Source: a virus. Taken from it: 64,000 nucleotides of DNA. Of this stretch, positions 35,725-44,742 are shown in pieces. The notes below the pieces were generated by a model that saw nothing but the letters and a program-made list of their open reading frames with translations, was not told the DNA's origin and did not search any database. Each line of letters starts with the position of its first letter. Positions within the stretch are counted from its first letter, which is position 1. Location: the IMG/VR virus record IMGVR_UViG_3300043427_001127, positions 96,001 through 160,000 of that record; one strand, 5' to 3'. Both the position numbers and the translations under genes were made by a program.

Positions 35725-36594
35725 TTATCTTACCGTTCCATCTGTAAACTCTTCACTGAAGCATAGTTTCAGTTCAGTTAAGGAAACTGTTAAAGTTATT
35801 CCTAAAGGATGTCCATCAGTATATGAAACATATTGACCATCTGTAATATAACCAACGGAAACTGACGTAATGCCAGATGGTTTATATTTTGGTAGATGTG
35901 GATTTTCTGATCCGCCACTATAGAATCTTACCTCACATATATCTGGGATTCCAATAAAGTTTCTGGTTGCTCCCCCAAACACACTGTTTTTACTTTTGGG
36001 AGCACAAGATGCTTTAAATATTTTTGCAATATTCATTAATGTTTTTGCTTCTGTGTCATCTTGAGCGATTAGTTTGAAAGTATATCCATGTGTTCTTAAT
36101 CCTGTTCCGCCATATAACAACTCTGTATTTGGATTGATAATATTTCCTGTCGTTAGTTGTAATATATCATTTGTTTGTAAGTTTGCTCCCATACCTGGAG
36201 CTTCTGAAAACTTAGTTGATATTGCTGTTAACGCATCAGCAGCTAGTCCTCCAGCTGCTGCTTTTATTGTGTCTACCTTAAACGCATTTGCGATTGCTGT
36301 TGATGTCCCTTTTACGTCACCTGTTATCGCCTGACCGATTACTGCTCCTGCTGTTTGGAGAGCTACTTGTGCCAATCCTGTGACATCTTTTCCTCCCCAG
36401 TTTCCTCCAACATTACTCCCTATATCATTAGGCATAGGCAACCAAACACTATTCTCTTCAGTAAATGTTACTCCAGGATTGTAACCAGCTCCACCAGGAT
36501 CTGATTGAATGTAAGCTCCTTCGTATTTGCCAAAACTAAATCGAATATAATCACGAGCTGATGATACTTGTGATGGATACTTATATGTTGCCAT
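35725..36594 (-). CDS. gp48: baseplate tail-tube cap (T4 gp48)
   Basis: LPMP, NPNTELLY.G..LRTH..F, L..TE; synteny. Confidence 0.82.
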   Translation of the reverse strand: MATYKYPSQVSSARDYIRFSFGKYEGAYIQSDPGGAGYNPGVTFTEENSVWLPMPNDIGSNVGGNWGGKDVTGLAQVALQTAGAVIGQAITGDVKGTSTAIANAFKVDTIKAAAGGLAADALTAISTKFSEAPGMGANLQTNDILQLTTGNIINPNTELLYGGTGLRTHGYTFKLIAQDDTEAKTLMNIAKIFKASCAPKSKNSVFGGATRNFIGIPDICEVRFYSGGSENPHLPKYKPSGITSVSVGYITDGQYVSYTDGHPLGITLTVSLTELKLCFSEEFTDGTVR

Positions 36595-37274
36595 TAGTTT
36601 CTTACTACCTCGATGTCTTCTGGATTACCATAACCTTTAATGATTCTTTTTGCTTTAATCCTATCATTATAGTTTTCGTTTGTTTCTTTCCATACATCAG
36701 ATGATTTATACGGAACTAAAACATTACCACGTTCTTTAACAAAGTGCTCCACAGGCAATGTGATAGCAGTATCCCACTCGTCAATAGCAAGATCTAATAA
36801 GAATCCATCTACATGGTCTAAAATATATTTATGAAGACATGAGCGAGGTAAATCTATTCTATCTTGCTTTAGTTTTTCTATTGCAATCACTCTTTTTCTT
36901 GGTTCTAAGTAGTGTAGATTAAACCCAACAAAATGATCTGCATTTGCTTTGATCACATATACTAAAGGAAAGGTGTCGTAGTAAGGTAGATACTTCATCT
37001 TTGCTTTGTATTCAAACAGAAATAATCTACCTTGTCTGGCATATCTTCTTAGTTGATTTTCGTCTTTTTTATCTTCATCATCCGTCCTATCTCTACGCTC
37101 ATCACGTATTGTTTTTTCTGGATTTTGTTTATATTCTAATGCCATGGTGCGAACAGTCTTTCTGTACCACTGCCAAGTCTGTTCTTCGCCACCTGTCTTT
37201 TCTTTTACTCTTTCAAACAGAGTGTTGTAACCTTTTTTTGTTTTTTTCTCTTCTTTTTTGAATCCTTTTGCCAT
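36594..37274 (-). CDS. gp2: DNA end protector (T4 gp2)
   Basis: LPYYDTFPL, G.NLHYL, HKY, LPVE.F. Confidence 0.88.
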   Translation of the reverse strand: MAKGFKKEEKKTKKGYNTLFERVKEKTGGEEQTWQWYRKTVRTMALEYKQNPEKTIRDERRDRTDDEDKKDENQLRRYARQGRLFLFEYKAKMKYLPYYDTFPLVYVIKANADHFVGFNLHYLEPRKRVIAIEKLKQDRIDLPRSCLHKYILDHVDGFLLDLAIDEWDTAITLPVEHFVKERGNVLVPYKSSDVWKETNENYNDRIKAKRIIKGYGNPEDIEVVRN

Positions 37275-37277
37275 AGA

Positions 37278-37712
37278 TTATATCCCCAAGTGATCTTCGG
37301 TGAGAATAAGGAACTGCATCTGTCTATCCTCACACCAGTCACTTGCGGCTTCCCATTTCGCTTGGTTCTTTAGAAACGTCAGGACTTTATCTTTGTATAC
37401 TTTAGTTTGTTTCTTTGATGGGGGTGGAGGAGTTGTTTGATTCTTTGGTTTGATTTCAATGAGATATTTTTTGATTTCATTTGTTTTAGTACGAACTTTA
37501 ATATAGAAGTCAACATAATAACGATGCACCCTACCATCCAGAGGAGACCGATAAGGTATCACAACTTCTTCACTGCCCCACTCAATGACATTCTGATTTC
37601 TGTCACAGAACATCATAAACTTTCTTTCCCATAACGAGCGGTAGATGATATTTGATGGGTTGCCTCTGTATTTTTTAGGATTAGTTGGTTTAAAGAATCC
37701 AGAGTATGCCAT
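37278..37712 (-). CDS. gp4: head completion nuclease (T4 gp4)
   Basis: NPKKY.G, YRSLWERKFM, WGSEE, HRYYVDF, EIKP, NQAKW. Confidence 0.93.
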   Translation of the reverse strand: MAYSGFFKPTNPKKYRGNPSNIIYRSLWERKFMMFCDRNQNVIEWGSEEVVIPYRSPLDGRVHRYYVDFYIKVRTKTNEIKKYLIEIKPKNQTTPPPPSKKQTKVYKDKVLTFLKNQAKWEAASDWCEDRQMQFLILTEDHLGI

Positions 37713-37745
37713 AAATATAAATACATCTTCCCCAAGTATTTATAG

Positions 37746-38375
37746 ATGGCAACAACAGGAATCAACTCATTACTTGCCATGATTTCAGATGGCAAAGGTA
37801 TGGCTACTAGCAATAACTTTGCTGTTACTATAGATTTTTCTGGTGCTTCTGTTAGTTCTGTGGTTGGGTCAAAATGGTCTTATGATGGTACTGCTTCTGC
37901 GGATGAAACGAGAATGATGATTTTTTGTGATGAAGTAGCTCTTCCTGGATATCAACTTGCCACAGGATCTGTAACAAGATATAGTGGTGACGCTCCTGTT
38001 TATTATCCTACTGCTCCAATCTACAATGATATCCAGTTGTCGTTCATGTGTGATGCTAAAATGACACCAATGCATAAGTTACATCAGTGGATGGAATATA
38101 TTTTTGAAGACAATGGAACTAATGGAAATGAAACTGGAAGGAGAGTTAGATATCCAAAAGATTATCAGGCAAAAATAATCATAAAAAAGACTGAGAGATC
38201 TAGAGATAGTGATAACGGTGCTATATCTTCTGTATTTACTTTATATAATGCGTGGCCTTACACCATAGATGCTGTTCCTTTGTCCTATGGGTCATCGCAG
38301 TTAGTAAAAGTGAATGCAAACTTTTACTATAAAAAGTTTAAAAGAGAAACTGATACTCTTAAAAACAGAGGATAA
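37746..38375 (+). CDS. tail tube / baseplate-tail tube initiator (gp19/gp54-like)
   Basis: C....LPG, F..W, Y..DY, L.NAWP, LSYG....K..F.Y; synteny. Confidence 0.75.
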   Translation: MATTGINSLLAMISDGKGMATSNNFAVTIDFSGASVSSVVGSKWSYDGTASADETRMMIFCDEVALPGYQLATGSVTRYSGDAPVYYPTAPIYNDIQLSFMCDAKMTPMHKLHQWMEYIFEDNGTNGNETGRRVRYPKDYQAKIIIKKTERSRDSDNGAISSVFTLYNAWPYTIDAVPLSYGSSQLVKVNANFYYKKFKRETDTLKNRG

Positions 38376-38410
38376 ATATTTTTGCGACATTATAAATTTT
38401 TGGAGTAATC

Positions 38411-39127
38411 ATGGCTTTACCAAAACCCCCAGTGCCTACCTATGAGTTGGAACTACCATCAACAGGTAAGACTATTAAGTATAGACCATTCCTTGTAAAA
38501 GAAGAAAAGATTCTTCTTATGGCAATGGAATCGCAAGAGGAAAAACAAATCACAGATGCTGTAGTTAATATTGTAAAGGACTGTGTTCTTACTAGAGGAA
38601 TCAAAGTAACTGAACTTGCTTCTTTTGATATTGAATATTTGTTCTTAAACATTCGTGCCAAATCTGTTGGCGAAACAGTTAAGATGAAAATCACATGTGA
38701 AGATGATGGTCAGACACAAGTAGATTATGAGTTGGATATTAATGAGGTAAAAGTTATCAAAGATTCTAAACATAATAATAAGATTATGCTTTCGGATGAT
38801 TCTGGATTGATTATGAAGTATCCTGGTATGGAACAGTTTATTCAGACTCAGATTATGATGAAGAGTTTGAATGCCGAAGAAGTATTTGATATTATTATTG
38901 ATTCAGTAGATCAGATTTTTGTTGGTGATGATGTTTATGAAGCAAAGACAACTTCCAAAAAAGAAATCGAAGAGTGGGTTGGTGGTATGACATCAAAACA
39001 GTTTGAGAAAGTTAAAGATTTCTTTGCAACAATGCCAAAACTATCTCACACTTTTAAAATAGTTAATCCAAACACAGAAGTTGAATCTGAATATACTATT
39101 GAGGGTCTGGTAAATTTTTTCGGGTAA
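38411..39127 (+). CDS. gp26: baseplate hub assembly protein (T4 gp26)
   Basis: PTYELELPSTG..IKYRPFLVKEEK, FDIEYLFLNIRAKSVGE, FF.TMPKL. Confidence 0.93.
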   Translation: MALPKPPVPTYELELPSTGKTIKYRPFLVKEEKILLMAMESQEEKQITDAVVNIVKDCVLTRGIKVTELASFDIEYLFLNIRAKSVGETVKMKITCEDDGQTQVDYELDINEVKVIKDSKHNNKIMLSDDSGLIMKYPGMEQFIQTQIMMKSLNAEEVFDIIIDSVDQIFVGDDVYEAKTTSKKEIEEWVGGMTSKQFEKVKDFFATMPKLSHTFKIVNPNTEVESEYTIEGLVNFFG

Positions 39128-39129
39128 GC

Positions 39130-39309
39130 ATGTTCCATGAAACTCTGGTGAACCATTACCAGTCTAACTTTAACTTGATGTATCATCATAAGTTTTCATT
39201 AACTGAGTTAGAGAACATGCTTCCGTGGGAAAGAATCGTTTATGTTACTATGCTTAATGCATATATCGAAGAACAAAACGAAAAAGCAAGACAGAAAGCA
39301 ATGCGATGA
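39130..39309 (+). CDS. gp51: baseplate hub assembly catalyst (T4 gp51-like)
   Basis: NF.LM.HHKFSLTELENMLPWER..Y; read manually. Confidence 0.85.
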   Translation: MFHETLVNHYQSNFNLMYHHKFSLTELENMLPWERIVYVTMLNAYIEEQNEKARQKAMR

Positions 39310-41987
39310 ATCCCGAAGACTTAGATTTAGATTTGCCACAACCACCCGAGGGAGTACTAGATCCTAGTAATCCTTGGTATAGTGCTAAGGTTGGCGAAAG
39401 GACATGGATGCTTCTTAAAGCCAAGTTAACTGGCAGGAAGATGAATGATGGCACACAGTATTCATCCACTGTTAATTTAACTGAAGCAGATGCTGATAAG
39501 TTAATAGAAAATCTAAAGAAAGATCCTAGAGGATATCCTCAGTTTAATGATGGGGGTGGTGGACTTAAGTTTTATGAAAACTATGAGGCATATCAAGGGT
39601 GGTTGGTAGAAGAGTATCTTGAGAAACCATTTCGCAAACAGGTTGACGCGAAGATAGAAGAAGCTGAGATACAAAGAGTAATAAATCAAAGAAAAGAATC
39701 AAAAGTTCAACCAATGACTCTTTTGATTCCTTCAAAAAAGGAAGAAGACCTTTTAAAAGTACCAGAAATAAAAGAAGAACCTGTTGAGGAACCTGAAGAA
39801 TCACCTCAAGAAACTATAACGGAACAACAAATACCAGAACCTGTTGCTGAACCACAAACAGAACCTGTGTCAGCATCGATACCTCTTCCTGCCACATCGC
39901 CACCAACATTTGATCCAACTAAGGTATTAAACATACCCGAAACTATTCCAGAAAAAGTTCCGAATGGATTAACACAAAACATAACAAAGTTATCCGAGAC
40001 TTTAGATAATATCAATGCAGAACTATCGGCACAGATTGTTCTGATAAGAAAAAGAACATCTATCTTAAAAAAAGATAATGCTGGATTAGAACTTGCCAAG
40101 TTTTTAGTTGGTCAACAAATAGAAAACTATAGTGAGTTCTTGAATGATTTGGAGTCGCAATCTAGAGAGATAGATTTAGAGGATGGATATGATATTCCTT
40201 CTGATGCCGAATCTAAACCTCCAGTAGACAATCAAGTAGAACCAGAAGGACCACCACCAACACCCGAAAAACCACCAGAAAAACAATGGTGGGAGTTCTG
40301 GAAAGAAGATCCAAATAAATCTCCAAGAAAAGCTTCTTCTGGATTGATGTCAACTGCGATGCCAGCAATGGCAGAAGGTGGTATATCAGCTGGAACTGGA
40401 CTGAATAACATCATTAAACCAGGAATATATGATAATCCTACGGTAGGTAATCTAGCACCAGGAACCGCTATCATACCATTGAATAGAAACTATGGTAAAG
40501 ATATGTTTGGTAACTATGATGAGATTGAATACATGAATGCTTTTGGGGAAGTAATGGCTTCGTCAAGAAAAGCATTACTTGGTTCTGTTCTGACAGTTTA
40601 TGGAGATATTCTCAGTAGTTTTGGACCACTAGCAGGATTTTTTAATAAATCTTTGCCTGGTATACTTCAAGGTGCTGCAAATATTTTGGGAGCACCATTA
40701 AATCTTGTTCTTGATATGCTTGGTGGACCAGCATATGCTGGTACTGTGCCAAATGAGTTGGAAGAAAGAAAGTTTTATAAATCTTGGAAGATTTATTTTG
40801 AAGGCAATCGTCTAATATTTGAAGGTGGTGTGCAAGAAGGAAGTTCTGAAGAAAACCCAACAGGAACTGCTGAGTTTGCAAAAGATATTTTAACTATTGG
40901 TCCTGGTGGCGAGGGTCTCGGTGGCATGGGTGGTACTAATGTGTCTAAACCACCAGCATGGATTCCATATGCTAAATCAGATTCTGGAAAACTCCATTAT
41001 ATTTCTGGATTTGGTTGGCGTTGGGGTAGAATGCACACTGGTATTGACTTGGCACCAGCTGGATATGCGCCATTAAAACTAATCTCTCCTTTTGACGGTA
41101 AAGTTTCTGATGTGAACAGAAACTGGCCTAAAGACGGCGGTGGTGGATATGGAAACTATGTTGAAGTAGAGCATAAAAATCCAAATGTTCATTTATTTTA
41201 TGGTCACATGAAAGAAGTTTCTGATAGTATAAACCAAGGATCTGATGTAAAAGCTGGGCAAGTTTTGGGAACTACAGGAACAACAGGTCGTTCTGAAGGA
41301 GTTCACGTACACTGGGAAGTTAGAAAAGGTAGTTGGGGGCAGCAGGTAGATCCAGTTGAATGGACTCATCAAAATAAACCAAGCTTTGCTAAAGGTGGAA
41401 GTTGGCAACTGCCATCGTTACCCAGTTTACTTCCATCACCTATTGATTTACTGAAAGGATTATTAAAGTCTAAACAATCTAAAAGAAACTATGGTGCTGA
41501 TTACAAAAGGCAAGAGTTGATACTTTCGGCAAAGGCTTCTGGTGGGAGTGGACTTGCAGATATTAGAGGCAATCAAAGACCAAGACTCCAACAGTCTGGT
41601 AGCATCAGTAGACCTAAAGGTTCTGTAGTAGTAAAACAAACAGAACCAGAAGTTCCAAAGTTAGATCCAAATCTAACAGCAATACAAAACTGGACTAAAC
41701 TATTTCCACAACTTGCTAGAAAAGTTAAACCAGGGCAGTCTGGATACGATGAGATTCAAAAAGTTTTATCACCACAAACTTCAACTATGCCATCAGCAAC
41801 TCCAACTACAACAGCAGTTGCTACAGAATCTAAAGTTCCACCAAAACAAATGACTATGCAGATGCCATCTGCACCTTCTACCCCCACTGTTACACCATCA
41901 TCTAGTGCATCTTCCGTTTCTTTTGTTCAACTTGATATGAATACTAATGATGTGAAAGAACTAGTAAAACTTCGTAGAATACAGTGA
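39306..41987 (+). CDS. tape-measure-like baseplate protein with M23 peptidase domain
   Basis: SGFGWRWGRMHTGIDL, GYGNYV, YGHM, TG.S.GVHVHWEV. Confidence 0.82.
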   Translation: MNPEDLDLDLPQPPEGVLDPSNPWYSAKVGERTWMLLKAKLTGRKMNDGTQYSSTVNLTEADADKLIENLKKDPRGYPQFNDGGGGLKFYENYEAYQGWLVEEYLEKPFRKQVDAKIEEAEIQRVINQRKESKVQPMTLLIPSKKEEDLLKVPEIKEEPVEEPEESPQETITEQQIPEPVAEPQTEPVSASIPLPATSPPTFDPTKVLNIPETIPEKVPNGLTQNITKLSETLDNINAELSAQIVLIRKRTSILKKDNAGLELAKFLVGQQIENYSEFLNDLESQSREIDLEDGYDIPSDAESKPPVDNQVEPEGPPPTPEKPPEKQWWEFWKEDPNKSPRKASSGLMSTAMPAMAEGGISAGTGLNNIIKPGIYDNPTVGNLAPGTAIIPLNRNYGKDMFGNYDEIEYMNAFGEVMASSRKALLGSVLTVYGDILSSFGPLAGFFNKSLPGILQGAANILGAPLNLVLDMLGGPAYAGTVPNELEERKFYKSWKIYFEGNRLIFEGGVQEGSSEENPTGTAEFAKDILTIGPGGEGLGGMGGTNVSKPPAWIPYAKSDSGKLHYISGFGWRWGRMHTGIDLAPAGYAPLKLISPFDGKVSDVNRNWPKDGGGGYGNYVEVEHKNPNVHLFYGHMKEVSDSINQGSDVKAGQVLGTTGTTGRSEGVHVHWEVRKGSWGQQVDPVEWTHQNKPSFAKGGSWQLPSLPSLLPSPIDLLKGLLKSKQSKRNYGADYKRQELILSAKASGGSGLADIRGNQRPRLQQSGSISRPKGSVVVKQTEPEVPKLDPNLTAIQNWTKLFPQLARKVKPGQSGYDEIQKVLSPQTSTMPSATPTTTAVATESKVPPKQMTMQMPSAPSTPTVTPSSSASSVSFVQLDMNTNDVKELVKLRRIQ

Positions 41988-42088
41988 TTTCAAAAATGAC
42001 CCCTAAAAACCAAATTGGTCCAAAAAAAATCTCGGCAAATTTTTGCCAAAAAAGGTTTTTCTAAATATTTCAGCTAAGTAGGTCGATT

Positions 42089-44716
42089 ATGGCAAGAACA
42101 CTAACAGACTATATTTTAGAAAAAGCATCACAAAAGCGAGATGATGCGAAAAAGTCTGATAGCAAAAAATCTAAAAAAGACAAAAAATCTCAATCTGGTA
42201 CTTTGGTTGAGTTTTTGCTCGACCGAAAAAATACATCAAAATCTTCAAAAACAGGTAAATCTAACAAAAAAGGGGAAACTTTAACTGAGTATATTGTATC
42301 GAAGATTACTGATAAAAAAAAGAAGGAAGAAACGAAAAAACAGCAATCTCAAACGTCTTTTGTAGAAAGTTTAAATCAATCTTTTAGAATGTTGTCTAGA
42401 AAGACCGAAGAGATGAAGTCTCTAGTAAGTCAGCAAAGAAAACTTCTAGAACAACAATCAGAAGAAGAAAACTTATTAGCAGTAAATGTTTCTATTTTAG
42501 AAGATCTTTTTGCACATAGAGCAAAGTTAGAAAAACAAGTATTTCTCTCTGTAGCACATAGATTTTCGGATTTTCCTGAAGATATACCAGAACCATCAAA
42601 TAATGAAAATGACGATGAACCAGAAGAATCAGATGATAGTTCAAATGATAATGATAGTTCTTCGTCTGCTCCAGATAAACCAGACTCCCCACCGCCCAGC
42701 ACGCCATCCGCTCCACCCACATCACCAGATAAAAAAGCAGAAGGTGGTATAACTCCAGCGCAACCAACACAAAAACAATCCAAGAAATCTAAAACACAGT
42801 CTTTGGTTCCTTATGCTGATGTCATGCAGTTAGGAATGCAGGCATCGGGAATGGCAGCTATCAACACAGTTGCTGAGTTGATGAAAAAATCTGGTGCATT
42901 AGGTGGATTTTTTGTTCCCTACATTAAATCTTTAGTCACTCCATTTGGTGTGGCAATGGGTATTGGTGAGAGTGTAATAAGCAGTTTATTGGGTGGATCC
43001 GCTAGGGCAGCAACTTTAGAAATGAATGCAGCTCAAAAAGATTTTGGTAAAACTTGGCGTTCTTTCCTAGGCGATGAAAACTTTATTGCTAAGTTTATTG
43101 ATAGAACAACTACAGGAGTAATGGATCAACTTGATAATGTAGTTCCTCAAGAACTTACTGGAGACTTAGCGCAGAAGTCTTTACAGTTTGCAAAATACTT
43201 GATGTCCAAGCATGGACTTAAAGATTTCCAAGCTGCTGCTATTGTTGGTGTTATGCTTCGTGAAGGATTTGGTAGTGGAAAACCTGATGTGCGAGAAGGA
43301 GGACAACGTGGAGCTCCTACTTACGATGGCACTAGTCAAATGGGTTATGGTTGGATTCAGTGGACAAATACTCAAGGTGGTGGACCAAATGATAGACTGA
43401 ACAGAGTTCTGATACATCTTGGTATGGGACCACCACCAAAGAAAACAAGACCATGGACTGATATGGATAATATCAAGGCTATGGAATATGAATGGCAAAA
43501 TCACTACACTAAAACTATTCCTGCTGTAAAAGGAACTAGTAATATAACCGATGCTGTTTATGAATTTGTTGGAAACTATACTGCAGGCAGTCACGCAAAC
43601 ATTTCTACTTATCAAAATAGAGAAGATAAATCTGGCGGTGGGTTTATTGGAAGAAGAAACTCATCTGCTGCTGGAGTGCTAAAACTATTTCAGAGTGGTG
43701 ATACAAAAAATGCAAAATTATTTGAAAGGGGTGGACTTGAAGGAAACAAATCTTCTTTATTAAACTCTTACATTGTAGATGGTCCTGAAAGTGGATTTTC
43801 TGCCAATATTCAAGGATTGCCAGTTACTCTACACGGTAAAGAGATCGTTCGCGTGTTTGATGGTGGATTTGAAGTTTATCCTCTAGAAAACAGAGAATAT
43901 AGCATAAAAGAGGATCCGATGGGAGTGATGCAAAGATGGTCAGAAATCGCATCTGGATTGGATGCAAAGATTTCTTCATATTTTGCTGCTGGTGGAGTTT
44001 CTGAAGGAGTTAAAGCAATCAAACATGACGAGGCATTATCTTCGCTTTCTAGAGGAAGAAATGACTATATCGTAAATCGCGGACCTAGTGTTATTTCATC
44101 TGTACCATGGTCAAAAGTATCTGCATCTACTCCTTTGTATGCTTATGAAACTGGAGTTTCTGGAGATAGAACTACGATTGGATGGGGTATGACATATTAT
44201 GATTCTATTACTGCAGGTAGAAAAGCAGTTAAACCAGGGGATGTTATAACAAAGGCAAAAGCAGATTCTTTATTAATGGGATTAGTTAATAACTATGTGA
44301 ATACATTGAAGGGGCAAAAATGGTATCAAAAATATTGGAATAAGATGTCTGCTAAACAGCAAGGTGGATTACTTGCTTATGGTTATAATCAACCAGCACA
44401 TTTACTTGGAACTGGTGCTCCCAAGATGTATGCTGCTTTGAATAGGGGAGATATGAATGCTGTGGCAGCAAATATTGATAGAGGACTCCCAGCGAGAGAA
44501 AAAAATGAAAAAGCGTTGGTTCTTTCTGGTCCGAGAAATCTAAATACGGCAACATCATCTAAACCAGATAGACAAGTAGTTGTAAATCGTGTTGGTGGTG
44601 GAACTTCTCAACCTAGAGTATCCACATCTTCTCGTAGAGCAAATACATCTTCTCCTTCATTCTCTTTTGATCCTCTTAGATTTATAAGAGAGTTAACTAT
44701 GCAACGCACTCGATAA
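42089..44716 (+). CDS. tape-measure-like protein with phage tail lysozyme and GH24-like domains
   Basis: QAAAIVG.M.RE...GYGWIQWT; IKHDE...TIGWGMT...LLAYGYN. Confidence 0.75.
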   Translation: MARTLTDYILEKASQKRDDAKKSDSKKSKKDKKSQSGTLVEFLLDRKNTSKSSKTGKSNKKGETLTEYIVSKITDKKKKEETKKQQSQTSFVESLNQSFRMLSRKTEEMKSLVSQQRKLLEQQSEEENLLAVNVSILEDLFAHRAKLEKQVFLSVAHRFSDFPEDIPEPSNNENDDEPEESDDSSNDNDSSSSAPDKPDSPPPSTPSAPPTSPDKKAEGGITPAQPTQKQSKKSKTQSLVPYADVMQLGMQASGMAAINTVAELMKKSGALGGFFVPYIKSLVTPFGVAMGIGESVISSLLGGSARAATLEMNAAQKDFGKTWRSFLGDENFIAKFIDRTTTGVMDQLDNVVPQELTGDLAQKSLQFAKYLMSKHGLKDFQAAAIVGVMLREGFGSGKPDVREGGQRGAPTYDGTSQMGYGWIQWTNTQGGGPNDRLNRVLIHLGMGPPPKKTRPWTDMDNIKAMEYEWQNHYTKTIPAVKGTSNITDAVYEFVGNYTAGSHANISTYQNREDKSGGGFIGRRNSSAAGVLKLFQSGDTKNAKLFERGGLEGNKSSLLNSYIVDGPESGFSANIQGLPVTLHGKEIVRVFDGGFEVYPLENREYSIKEDPMGVMQRWSEIASGLDAKISSYFAAGGVSEGVKAIKHDEALSSLSRGRNDYIVNRGPSVISSVPWSKVSASTPLYAYETGVSGDRTTIGWGMTYYDSITAGRKAVKPGDVITKAKADSLLMGLVNNYVNTLKGQKWYQKYWNKMSAKQQGGLLAYGYNQPAHLLGTGAPKMYAALNRGDMNAVAANIDRGLPAREKNEKALVLSGPRNLNTATSSKPDRQVVVNRVGGGTSQPRVSTSSRRANTSSPSFSFDPLRFIRELTMQRTR

Positions 44717-44742
44717 ATATCAATATAAAGTAGGGTCGATAA

